A DNA stretch of 64,000 bases from the human T2T-CHM13v2.0 reference genome, Homo sapiens. The stretch lies in assembly GCF_009914755.1 (NCBI RefSeq), contig NC_060925.1; one strand, given 5' to 3'. The notes below the pieces were generated by a model. The model did not search any database. It saw only the letters and a list, made by a program, of their open reading frames with translations, and had not been told where the DNA came from. Made by a program: the position numbers and the translations under genes. How positions within the stretch are numbered: the first letter of the stretch is position 1; each line of letters starts with the position of its first letter. Of the stretch, positions 1 through 14,240 are shown one piece after another.

Positions 1-164
1 ATATGCTGATTTTCTTTCTTGTAGGTATATACGCTGCAGTGGGACTGCTGGATCTATGGTAGCTCAATTTTTAGTTTTTTGAGGAACAACCTCCAAACTG
101 TTCTCCATAGTGGCTGTACTAATTTACATTCCCACCAACAGTGTACAAAGATTCCCTTTTCTCC
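1..164 (-). mobile_element. L1 fragment (ORF2 end / 3' region)
   Basis: ctccaaactgttctccatagtggctgtactaatttacattcccaccaacagtgta is typical antisense L1. Confidence 0.85.
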
Positions 165-410
165 GGGTCAAGTTCTTAATGGCTGCAAATTAATGAGCAA
201 TGTATTTGGTGCTTCAGATAAATATTTAAAAAACAAAACTCAAAACACATGTAGGCCTTGTTTGCAAGGAGCTTATAGCTTTAAAGGTGAGATGGCAAAC
301 ATGCAGAATAACAATATGGACCGTGTAGAAATAAGTACAATAATCATAAGCATGTGATGAAAGCAGAAATGGATCAGAAATAGGGAAAAGAAGAAGGGTG
401 GGCAGAACTC

Positions 411-877
411 TGTATTAGTTCCCTATTGCTGCTGTCACAGATCACCACAAATTTAATGACTTAAGACAACAAGAAATGGGCCTAAGATGGATCTTGTTGG
501 GCTCAAATCAAGGTGCCAGCACAACTGCATTCCTTCTGGAAGCTCTAGGGGAAAATCTGCTTCCTGGCCTTTCCCCACTTCTGGAGGCCACCTGCCTTCC
601 TTGGCTGATGGTCCCTCCCCATCTTCAAGGCCAGCAATGGCCATGGGATCTTTCTTGTGCCTCATCACTCTGACATTGACTCTTCTGCCTCTTGCTACCA
701 CATTTAAGGACCCTTGTGATTACATTGAGCCCACCTGGGTAATCCAGAATAATCTTTTTATTTTAAGGTTAGCCAGTTAGCAACTCTAATTCCCCTTTTC
801 CAGGTAACATAACATATTCACAGGCTCAGGGAGTTAGAACATGGACATCTTTGCAGGACATTATTCTACCCACCACA
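411..877 (-). mobile_element. MaLR solo LTR (MLT1D-like)
   Basis: Ends tgtattagtt... and ...attctacccaccaca; internal MLT1C/D-type motifs. Confidence 0.85.
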
Positions 878-954
878 GGGGACTTCCCAGACCCTGTCCC
901 TTGACTACCAAGCCTCCAAACACTTGGGAACACTGCACTATTCAGTTCTGTGCT

Positions 955-1495
955 GTGGTGGTTTTAAACTAGGCCCACAAATTCTTTGATACTCCTTTTA
1001 TACTCTTTCCTTCAAGAGGAACCCAGTTCCTCTCCTCTTAAGTGTGGGCTACACAGAGTGACTTGCTTCTAATGAATGGAACATAGCAGAAGTGATGTGT
1101 ATTACTTCTGAGGTTAAGTCGTAGAAGACATGGTGGCTTCCATCTTGCTCTCTCTTGGACACTCATTCTGAGTGAAGCCGGCTGCCATGTTGTAAGGACA
1201 CCCAAGCAATCCTGTGGAGAGGGCCACATGGCAAGAAACTGAGGCCTCCTGCCAATAGCCATTTGAGTGAGCCATTTGACCAGGAAGTGAATCCTCCAGC
1301 CCCAGTAGAGCCTTCAGATGATGGCAACCCTGGCTGACCTCTTGCCTGCAACTGCCTGAGAAGATCCTGAGCCAGAACCACTCGGTTAAGCTTCTCCTAG
1401 ACACCTGGCCTGCAGCAACCATGAAATAATAAATGCTTGTTGTTTTTAAGTTGCTAAGTCTTGAGGTAATTTGTTGTTACTTAGCAACAGATAAG
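955..1495 (+). mobile_element. MaLR solo LTR (MLT1F/G-like)
   Basis: gctgccatgttgtaagga, ggccacatggcaagaaactgaggcctcctgccaa, aataaatg...gtaatttgttg...gcaacagataa. Confidence 0.8.
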
Positions 1496-1529
1496 AATGT
1501 GTCTATCTCCTCTTCATTGTTTTAAAGAC

Positions 1530-1880
1530 TTGAAACATTGAGATTTATATGGTTATGCACACAAATGTACAACTTGATGAACTTTTACATACAGATACAT
1601 GACTGGAATTGTTCTAGAACACTTCCATCCCCTCTTCCCAGCTCACATTTGCCCCATATCCAGGTTACCACTATTTTAATCTCTACCATTTTGTGTTATT
1701 TTGCCTGTTCTTAAAGTTGACATAAATGGGATAATATGTTATGTATTATTTTGCTCAAAATTGTACAACTCATGCATATTGTTTGTATATAGCAGTAATT
1801 CATTATTTTTTAACTGCCATGAAGTTTCTATCTTGTGTCTACCTCATAATCTATTTTTCTATTCTCCTGTTGGTAGTCCA
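1530..1880 (-). mobile_element. Old L1 (L1ME-like) 3' fragment
   Basis: AT-rich antisense L1M 3' motifs (ttttgcctgttctt...cataaatgggataata). Confidence 0.6.
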
Positions 1881-2286
1881 GATTGTTCTTTAAAATAATC
1901 TAAGTAAAAGCCATTTTCCCAGTTGCCCTCTGTCCATTCTTCCCTATATTTGAACACTTTCCTTAGTCCACAGTGCCTGGTGGGTTACACTGCTTCCTCT
2001 TCACTGAGGAGTGTACGAAAGGGCCTGCCTGCCTCCCCATGCCTACTCTGCTTAGCCCTGAATGCCTGTCCTCTGCCTGCTTTTCTCTTGAAGCTGCTCC
2101 CCTAAAGGAAGCTCGTCACCTCCTGACAGCCAATTCTATTGACCCTTCTGCAGCTCTTGTTCTTCTGATTGAGTTCCTGCTTTTGACCCTGGTGAGTAAT
2201 CGATCTTCCTTGAATTCCCCGGTTTCCTTGACTCCTGTTCTACCCCTAACTTCTTTTGTATCTCTCTTGGTTACTCTTCCTCCACT

Positions 2287-2631
2287 GTCTTAGTAGTTTG
2301 GGCTACTATATCAAAATATCGTAAATGGAGCAGCCTATAAACTACAGAGATTTATTTCTCACAGTCCTGCAGGCTGTAAAGTTCAAGCTCAAGGCACCGG
2401 CAGATCTGGTTTCTAATGCAGGCATTTCCTGGGTCACAGATGGCATCTTCTCATGTGTCTTCACATGGTAGATGGGGCAAGAGGTCTCTCTTTTATAAGA
2501 GGCACTAATTCCATTCGTGAGGGTGCTGCCATCATGACCCAATCCCCCAACTCTAATACCATCCATCATCCCCTTGGAGGTTAGGTTTCAGCATACAAGT
2601 TCTGAGGGACATAAACTTTCAGACCATAGCA
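2287..2631 (-). mobile_element. MaLR solo LTR (MLT1A/MST-like)
   Basis: tgtcttagt...atttatttctcacagt...cagaccatagca. Confidence 0.8.
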
Positions 2632-3185
2632 TCTGCCTCCATTCTCAACATGGATGACCCCTAGGCTTTTCCCTTAATTACCTGACATTTTTCTAGGGAC
2701 CTACTTCACTTCCTTCTTGGAGTTGGAGGGTAGAAATTGAGTCTGTCTCACTCAACACAGCAGCCCCAGAATTAACACACTGCTCAGTGAATGAGTATGT
2801 AGCACTCAGTATCAACCCTCAGGACCAGGAGGTCGAAACCAAATTGACACAGGGCCTCCTGAAAGAGATCAAACTGGCTCTGGAATCTAGAGTTTAGATT
2901 AATTTATTAATGGGTAAAAAGACAAATGAGCTGGAACAAAAAAAGTCCGTGTGACTCCAAAACCCAACCCCTGGTCTTGTTCTTCATGTTCAGGAACACT
3001 GACTTCACATTTCTTTCTTAACTGAGTGTTCATAATCATAACTTGATTGATGATCAAATGTCTCTCCCACCTCCTTTCTCATCAGTATTCATATGGCAGC
3101 TTGTTATTCCTCCCAGGTAAACTGGTTGAGAGGGAATATAAATTTGTTTAAGAGGTACCAATGTCAACTTTGCTCTAAAGCATCA

Positions 3186-3563
<378 letters not shown>

Positions 3564-4229
3564 TCAAGCCCTGACCTGTCACCCAAGCTTGGATCTACCT
3601 GTTGTTTCAGGGCCTCATCATCCTGTCAACTTCAACACAGCCAAAACCAAACTTCCCCGTGTCCCCAAACCCTTCTCTGTCTGACTTGCTGATGGGAGTC
3701 CTTGTCTTTGCTCAGTTCTCTGACAGCTAGAGCACAGGCTGATCTCCAGCCAAAGGTTGGACCTCATCCCCCCACAGGGCTTTCACCAGCCTGTCTGTTT
3801 GCCTGTCCACTTGGTGCCCTGGACTAAACATCCCTGGAGGAAACCTGGAGTGCTGTGGAGCTCAGAGCCCCCTGCCCTGAGCAGCTGGTCCCAGAGCTCC
3901 TTTGGTTATTTTGAGGATTTCTGAGAATACAGGTAAAGTACCTGTTACAAAGCTTCCTCTTTCCTCTTCGATGGCTTCCTCCATGACATATCTTTGATGG
4001 CTTCTTAGGGCCTTTTCCGAAGAGCTGAGGATGAAAAAAGAGGATGTGAGTCCCTTAAGGGCAGAGACTGTGTAGAATTCATTGATTATGCCCTGCCCCT
4101 GCCACTTGATGGCTGCGTGGCTGTGGAGAGCATGCCCTTTTTCTGCCCTTGGTACCACGTTAGTCATTAAAGCTTCACATCTTCTCCATCTCCCATAGCA
4201 AATGAGCACCTGGGTCCCATGGCCTTTAA

Positions 4230-4890
4230 CCATTTCAAATGTTTATTCCTGAATTCTCCCCTCTCCCATACACACTCTAATCCAAGCTCTTAGTGTCTGG
4301 ATCCTGAGCTATGTCCAGTAGCTTCTGACCCAGTCCTCTTGACTCCAGGAGTTTCTTCTCACAGCCTGGAATCCATTGTCCACGCCACTTCCAGAGATTT
4401 CCTCCCGAACTACTACTTTACTCTGCAACTCACCGTCTTGCTCAAAAACCATCCCCAGGGCTGATTACTGGTGGGATAACAGACACACTCTTTAACCTGC
4501 CGTTCAAGGCCTTGCATTTCCCATATTATTTTTCACCTTTTCTCCCCCGTTCCTATCTGTAAACCCTACACTCTAGGGTCCCAAATGTGCCCTTCACATT
4601 CCCATATCCTTGCCTTCACTCCCCTTCTTCTCTGAGCTCCAGGAATCTCCCATCATCCCCGCTGCACTGCCCTCTGCTCTAACAGCTCCTCATTGACCCA
4701 AGGAATAGGTCACTCGGCCGTGTAGAGGTGTTTCCCATCTTACTGTTCCAACCTGCATATGTCTTTCCTCTCCATGCAGATTGTCAGTTTCTAGAGGCAG
4801 AGCTTATGCTGTCTTCATCTTCATCCTCAGCATGGTGGTCAGAACCCTGCACTTGGCAGGGGCTGAGGAAAAATTTTTTGGTTGAACTTT
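4230..4890 (+). mobile_element. L2 fragment
   Basis: Degenerate L2 3' motifs (ctcaaaaacc, ttcaaggcctt, ctagaggcag). Confidence 0.5.
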
Positions 4891-7189
4891 TGCTGCCTAG
4901 CCTGACAGATTCACATGTTGGCCCTTCTGACCCACTCCTGCCCTCTTGGCTCTGTGGCCTTGGGACTGTGGACATCCCCGAGGGTCCTGGGGTGCCAACA
5001 GGGGTCTCCTGTCACATGGAGCCCTCCGGGACTGTGCAGGTTTGGGGGCGATCCCAAGAAAATTCTCCATACTATCCAGTGTCCATCCCAGATCATATCT
5101 GGAAATATACATACATCACCATGGTGCCAGGCTGGCAGACGGGATGAGCAAGGCTGCCTCCCAGCCTACGTAGGTGCCAGTTTTAAGAACAGAAGCAAAG
5201 TCATCAGGGAAACTGAGCTGCCACAATCTGCTGAGGCACTAACTTCTTTATGGAAATGATGCTGCAGCTCTAATTCAGTGCCGAGGACTGGTGGCAGTGG
5301 TCTCTGCCTTCCCCATCCCTTGATCTTTCCCAAGCCCCCTCATGCCCCAGTCCCATGTCACCCAACTCACAGGCAACAGGACATCTGTGTGTGTTTCAGG
5401 GACAGGCTTGCCTGGCTGTCAAAAAGCTGTTTCCTGTGCCCCTGGGGAGAGACCTGCAGGGAGCCACCGCCAGACGTTCCTGCTGACACTGCGCACAGGC
5501 CAGCTTTACTGGCAAGCTTGTGCTTTATTCGTAGGTCTCAATGTCACCTCCTCTGGGACAGAATGATACTTAATTTTGTCTCTTTTCCTAAAAATACTAT
5601 TCCTGTCCTGTGTACAGAGCCATGGTGGGCATCTCCCTGACCCAGGCCCCTACTTCTGTGCCATGGGACCCTGCCCTCCTGGACATAATCAGGAGCCGGT
5701 TGACTGGACCGGGGTGGATGCCAAACCCAGCTCACCCAGTTGGATTCCTTTCCCTGGGGATTTGGAACTGGAATTTGGTGAGAGCTCAGTTGGCCCCAGA
5801 ATTGAAGATATGTAACTGGGAGCTGGGTTGCCATCTGCCACCGTTAGCTGAAGATGCAGAAAAAGCTGATCTGTTGGAAAAGAAAACCAGTTCACAGAAA
5901 GAGAAGAATGAAGTGGAGGAGTGGAGGGAAAGGCCCTGCAATCCAAAGAGGGGGCTGCAAGAGCCACTCTCCGGGTCCCAGGCCCTCTTGGTCCAGTTGT
6001 AGTTCCCACCTTAGCTCTGAGGGACCCCCTGGCCTCTTGGACTATATCACCCATTCCTGTTTAGGCAGAGTGGGCTTCTGTTATCACCAAACAAGCCTTA
6101 GCTAAGGCCACACAGAAGAGATCTTGGAGATGGTCTGGTCAATCTCTTCCATTTACAGGTGAGGGGTTTGAGGTCCAGAGGTGTGTGGCGAGGCGCCCTC
6201 CGCTGTGGCCAGGCCAGGACTACAGCCCAGGTTTTCTGGCTCCCGGCCCAGCACTTTGCTCCCTTTGCCCTGTGGCCCTCTGGGGCCAGCAACTCTTTTA
6301 GAGATAGCAGGTGAGATAGGAGGAGCTCAGAGGTCACAGCCAGCCGGATCCAGATACAAATTGGTGGATGCTGCAGACACGTTACTTAGCCTCTCTGAGA
6401 CTCAGCATATTCCTCCAGAATGTAGGGGTGATAACATCTAGTTAATAGGAGTGTTGTGAGAATTAAATGAGTATATATGGAGGAATTAGATTTTTTAAAA
6501 ACTGTTGTGTTGACAGTAACCATGAGGTCAGAGTTGCCTTTCCTGGATCAAAGGCCTTCCATTCACAGACCCAGTTTTCTGACACATTGACTAACACTTA
6601 TCATGTCGAGGCCTGCAATGAAATGAATTTTGATCTACCTTAAAAAATAAACAAATGACTTACAGTTATTTTGAGAGGAGGTAGGAAATAAAATAATAGG
6701 AAAACGTGAGTGGGTGGGGATCAGGACTGGCTATTCTAGAGGACAGGGGTGGGTCCCTTGTAACACAGCATCTCACTCCTGTCAACCTGGTGGCCAATGA
6801 CAACAGAGTGAGGGGCAGTTGGCTCACCCCAGCCCTCCCATAGGTAACAGGTGCGGCAGCCCCAGGCCTTGACGCATGTGGTCATCAGAGAAACATGAGG
6901 GTGAGTCATCTGGGAGCAATTAAGAGGGGAGGCCCAGGAGGAGGCCAGACTGTGTCATCCATCCCATCACTGCCACAGCACTGGCCCAGTGCCCACTCAC
7001 AACATTCCTTCTCCTGGGTCACAGGCCACAGGCCAGCCCAGAAGGTGGCTGAGGATGGGCTCAGGCATCCAACACTTCTGACTGGGGCCCAGATCCATCT
7101 CTCTTAAACTCAGCAGCTCTGAGGATCCCCCAATTCCATGGCAACGGGCTGCCTACCCACCTTCCCAAGGGGTGCTACTCTGACTTGCC

Positions 7190-8160
<971 letters not shown>

Positions 8161-8179
8161 TTATTTATTTCATTTTATA

Positions 8180-8530
8180 CTTATGACAACCCTGTGAAGT
8201 CCCTCTGTCATTCTATGCAGCCGTTGAAATTGTCATTCTTGCCATTTTATACAGGATGAAATAAACTCAGAGAGAAGGTAATGAGCATAATCTGTCTGAG
8301 GTCACAGGATACGTGGCAGAGCTGAAATTCGAATCCTAGCATTCTGACTTCAGAACCTGTTTCCTGGACACTCTGGCTTCTCTCGATGTGGTCCCCGGCC
8401 CGGCAGCATCAGCACTGTCTGGGAGCTTGTGGGAGGTGCAGCATCTCAGGCTCTACCCCAGACCTACTGAATCAGAATCTGCATTTTCACAATACTTCCT
8501 GGGTGAGCCCTTCCAGGGCACACTAAAGTC
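8180..8530. mobile_element. MIR (8180-8350) followed by MER5A (8380-8530)
   Basis: MIR core ccattttatacagg...ggcagagctg; MER5A ccccagacctactgaatcagaatctgcatttt. Confidence 0.75.
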
Positions 8531-9206
8531 ACCACTATAAGCAATGGGATCTGCTGTATGGAAAACAGGGGGCCTCGCTCTGAACAAGGGGCTGCCCACG
8601 GCCTGGGGGTCATTCCCCTGCCATTACCGCCCCCCGCCCTACCCAGGAGCGCTCCCCTGTCTGCTGTTGCAATCCTGAAAGAAGGCTGAGAAGGGCTTGG
8701 TGCAGGTAGTGAGGCTTTAGGCTTCCTCTTCAGCTGCCCACGGGCCTCTGTCGGAGGGCCAGATTTCGTGTTGATCAGGGAAGGCTCAGCCCCTGCCTGT
8801 GTGTGAGAGCCAGGCCTGTCATGGACAGGGCTGTTGGAGAAAACGCTCCCCGTTCACTTAGGGAGCAGCAGGCTGCACCTCTCAAAAGCAGGCAGAGAGC
8901 CAATTTGACATCAGAGGTACAGCGCTGAGCCCGGGCAAGAAGCCATTTCCCCTTGACACTTCTCAGGCACTTGGACCAGGAAGGCTGTTAAAACAAAAAC
9001 AAAACCTACTCTCATTTAGGTTATTAATGCCTGGGAGCCCTGACACTCATTTTATTACCAGGAGCCACCTTTGGTCTTGACATTCACTAAGGAGTGGGCC
9101 TGGAATAAAACCAGAAATCCCCATTCTCAGTCTGCCCCAAGCCCTCCAATTCCGAGGGCGCTGTATGTATAAGCTCGGGCAGGCAAAAGTCGACTGTGAG
9201 AACACG

Positions 9207-9220
9207 CCAGCAGAGGGCGC
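9207..9220 (+). promoter_or_regulatory. CTCF motif
   Basis: CCAGCAGAGGGCGC is a full match to the CTCF core consensus, in a locally CpG-retaining unique patch. Confidence 0.75.
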
Positions 9221-9853
9221 TGTGGCCCCATCAGTCCCTGCCCACTGAACTCTCCAGAAGGAAAAGCGGCAAGGATGCAAACAAGAAAATCAGACCAGAC
9301 TGGGAGTCTAGACCCTGCGTCCCACGCGGTCCCACCATGGCTTCCTCTTTGGAATTTTCAGGGGGACCCAGGAAGACTGACACCGCTGATCTGTGCCTAC
9401 AGGAAAGCCAGTGGCCCCTCACAGAGGGATCAGTTCCAAAAGGACACCCCAAATCCGTATTCGGAACTCACAATAAAGGGACTTCCATTCATTCCTTTAT
9501 TTACTTAACTAGCATTTGTTGAGTACCTGCAATGGGCCAGGTACAGGGCTGGACGAGGTGTTTTTTCCATAAAATGATGCTGTGACAATGGTTAGATTCC
9601 AAGTTTGCTGCCCCACCCCGCCCCGCCAAAAAAAAACTGTTTTATATCTTTAATGGAATGAGACTATTTTCTGTTTTAGGGTCAGAGAAAAGGAATAGGG
9701 GAAGGACAGTGTGGAGAAGAGAGAGAAAGGAAGGGAGACAAGTAGGAGCGAGAGGACTGGAGAGAAAAAGAAGCTGGGTTTCAATCCCATCATGGTATAT
9801 ATATATTTATAATTATTTTATTATTTTTCCTCCTGAGTAAAAAAAATAGTACC

Positions 9854-10567
9854 GAGTAGTTGGGACTACAGGTGCATGCCAACATACCTGGCTAATTTTT
9901 AATTCTTTTTGTAGAAACAGGGTCTCACTATGTTGTCCAGGTTGGTCTCAAACTCCTGGCCTCAAGTGATCCTCCTGCCTCAAGCCTCAGCCAAAGCTCA
10001 GGATTACAGGCGAAGCCACTGCACCCGGCCCTGGTGTACACAAAATACTGAACCATAAAAGGTTTGGTTTTGGCATCATCCTATTTCCCTTTCTAGACCT
10101 GGACCCGAGACTTATCTCTGCAGAGCACAGCATTATGTGAGGCGCCCCAAAGCCAAGTGTCTGCAGCTGCTGCTCTTCCCAGCTCAGTGTTGGTAGGAGC
10201 TCAATCTCTTAAAAGAAAGCACCCTGATATGGGACAGACCAGCCCTCCCAGGGACTTTGCACATCTTTTTTTTTTTTTTGAGTGAAACAGGGTCTTGCTC
10301 TGTTGTCCTGGCTAGAATGAAGTGACACAATCATGGCTCACTGCTGCCTCAACCTCCTGGGTTCAAGTGATCCTCCTGCCTCAGCCTCCTGAGTATCTAG
10401 GGCTACAAGCACATGCCCAGCTAATTTTAAAATATTTTTTATTGTAGAGGCGGAGATCTCACCACGTTGCCTTGGCCGGTCTCCAACCCCTTGTGAGCTC
10501 AAGTGATCCTCCCACCTCGGCCTCCCAAAGTGCTGTGATTATAGGTGTGAGCCCTTACACCCAGCCT
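9854..10567 (-). mobile_element. Partial Alu (9854-10030) and AluJ (10265-10567)
   Basis: Antisense Alu with J-type gatcctcctgcc and ggtctcactatgttg. Confidence 0.9.
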
Positions 10568-11672
10568 GTTTGCATCTTTTAATGAGTACCCAAATTAACC
10601 TCTAATTGGTAAGTTCCCAGGCAGTGGGCTGGAGGGGAGTGACAATTTCAGACTGTGCTGAGGATGGAATTTGGAAGCAAATTAGAGTTAGGGGCTGGGA
10701 TGGAAAGATCATTGGCAAGTTAGGGGGTTTGCAGATCAGGGGTAAATATCTCTAGCAGTTTTGAGTGACTTCAGTGTCATTCTGCATGTGTGCTTGGGTG
10801 AGGCCAGAGACAGAAGGTCAGTTCAGGGAAAAGGCTGGAAGCCAGAGAACTGCTGAGCTGGGAGAAAGGCCTCAAGGTAATGGGGCTGCAGCAGGCCTGA
10901 CTCTCCAGGGGCCACCACCTGAGAGCCCTCCCCATGCAGCATGGTTCTCCAGCTGGTTCTCTAGCATTTTGCCCTGCAGAACAGATGCCCTTGCTGCCAA
11001 ATTGCCCACACAGCAGTTCCCTGTGGTCAGGAGAGACTTGCTCAGAAAGTCCTGCCTCAGCGGCTGTGAGCTGGGCTCTGGGAGCCTGGGTCTTTCCTAA
11101 AGAGCCTGCTGTAGGAGGTGAGCAGAGCCTAACAGGCCCGGGGACACAGTTGTGCCAGGGCCATGCAAGGACAGATTCCCTTCCCACCGCAAGCCAGGTT
11201 TTGCCATGGCACTGCATGCTAAAGTCCTCCATTAGGATGAAACTTAGTCATCGCGCACATGGATCTCCTCCTCTGCCTCCCAGGGGATCCCAATTAAGAA
11301 GCCCCCCTGCTTGCTGTTCCTTTGAAAAGTTCTGCTGGCTGTGCAGGAAGCGGGGCAGGGGAGGAGGAGACCTGCCTGCTCACCAGGCCTTGGTGGGACC
11401 ACAAGAGAATCTGGGTCCCTGTCCTGCAGAATGTAAAGCTGGGGTTGCCCTGCCTCGGCCATTGTGCCTTTGCTAACGCTGAGTTCTCCAGTGGAAGCAT
11501 TCCTCGGATCACCTCTCAAGTCCTGGCCATCAAAATTAATCCAGAGTGACAGAAGTCAAAATAGGGTTACCTTTAGAGTGCAAGGATGACAGGGAGGATT
11601 CTAGAGTGCTGATGCCCTATTCCTGATCTCGTGGTGGGGATATGGGTGTGTACTATGTGTAAAAATTCATCA

Positions 11673-12059
<387 letters not shown>

Positions 12060-12070
12060 CTATAGACTAA

Positions 12071-12466
<396 letters not shown>

Positions 12467-13189
12467 TAAGACAATTGGGAAATTTAAATTCTAGGAATTA
12501 TTGCTAGTTTTGCTGTGCAGTAGAATGGTGGTTATGATACCCAAGAAGTTCTTTTCGAGTGATCTGCTAAAACATTCACAGATAAAATAGTATGATATCT
12601 GGTATTTGACTGAAAATAATAGAAGATGGAGTGAACTGATGGGTGTGGGGATGGGGCTGGGTTAAGCCATTGCTGGGGCAGGAGAGTGGGTAGGTTTGTA
12701 GTAGTTCATGATACTATCCTGTCTACTTTTGTGTATGTTCGAGTCTCCAAAGTTAATAAAGCTAAAACAAAGATATATATAGATCAAAAAATATATATGA
12801 TGTATAACAAAGTATTTCTCCAGAGAAACAAATATAAACAAAATGGAACAGATTGAGAATCCATAATTATGTAAGAACAAGATCTTTCTCATCTCAGCCA
12901 GTTTTTCCATAACTAGGTTTTTTGGCAATGTGTGTTTCACAAGCTGGGACTCTCAACTCCTAATCCAGAAAATTAAGCAGAAACTTACAGATTACTAAAA
13001 CCCAAGGAGAAAGAGTTGGATGCAGAAAAATTTATGGAAGATTCTGGGTCAGAAATGAGCAAGTGTTCACACCAGAAGGTCCTCTACTGAAGGCATGAGC
13101 CAGGCTGCAGACGTGCTGGTGACTGAATTGGATATGAAAATAGCATATCTGTCTGGCATCCTCCTTCCTCACAGAATTGGATGGCAGAT

Positions 13190-13530
13190 CCCTGGTTCTC
13201 AGGACCATTGAACATTAAAACCACCTGGGGGCTGGGCACAGTGGCGCACACCTGTGATCCCAGCACCTTGGGAGGCCGAGGCGGGTGGATCGCTTCAACT
13301 CAGGAGTTTGAGACCAGCCTGGGCAAGATGGGGAAACTCCATCTCTACAAAACAAACAAACAAACAAACAAACAAACAAACATCCCACCTGAGGAGCTCT
13401 GAAAACATACAGATGCCCAGGCCCATCCTGGACCAATTAGATTGAGATCTCTGCAGGAGGGAGGCCTGGGGTTTCAGTGGTTTCAAATGCTCCTCGGGTG
13501 ATTCTAACCTGCAGCCAGAGTTGAGACTTG
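13190..13530. mobile_element. MER5-family DNA element interrupted by an Alu monomer (13230-13381, +) with (AAAC)n tail
   Basis: MER5 motifs cagatgcccaggccc and ggtgattctaa...gcagccagagttgaga flank a FLAM-like monomer. Confidence 0.8.
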
Positions 13531-13679
13531 TGGTGTTAGGACAGGCAAGATTGGGATTTAAGCTGGTGTGCCCATATTTAAAAACAGCTGGGTGAACGAG
13601 CTGGGAAATGGTGGCAGCCATGGCTGCCAACTCAATGACAAATTGAGTTGATAGGTGAGACACTGGGTGTCACCTTTAA

Positions 13680-14240
13680 TCTGTTTGCTGTGAGTCACCT
13701 GAGGTCATTTGGAGCCACTGTGTCCAACCTGAGTCACTTCTCTCTGGGACTCTGGGGTGTGGCTAAGATCCTAGTAGGCCGAAGGTTGGCTGCTTTGGAC
13801 TGAGCTGTGGGCTTCTATGCTGCAGGCTTTGGCAAGCGCATATCAAGTACAAGCGTAAACAGCTGGTCAGCAGAAGACACAGTCTGGATAAAGCTGGGGA
13901 GGGAAGAGTTGTGGAGTGCACGAAGATTGGCCTCCTGCTTCATGCTGGGCTGTGAGTCAACCCAAAGTAACACTCAGCAGCTGAACAGGCAGTGCCAAGC
14001 CCAGATTCCATCTCCACAGCAATGAGATTCCTCCCCCAGCATCCGTGTCTAGCGCTGAATAGTGTGACTTTCATCCCTGCCACAGCAGAAAGTCAAACTG
14101 GCTAATTGGCAGGGAACAGAGAGATTTAAAGCAAACGCGTCAGGAGCCACTGATCCCCGACGACTGTGGGGAGGGGAGACACGTAGTTTCTAAGCAATCG
14201 CGACACGTTATGGGAAACTGTGATTCAAGTTTCCCAAATT
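13680..14240. promoter_or_regulatory. Enhancer-like motif cluster (AP-1 x3, FOX-like, RCGTG x2)
   Basis: TGAGTCA at 13691, 13730, 13953; TGTTTGC at 13682; two CACGT and retained CpGs at 14135-14210. Confidence 0.55.
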
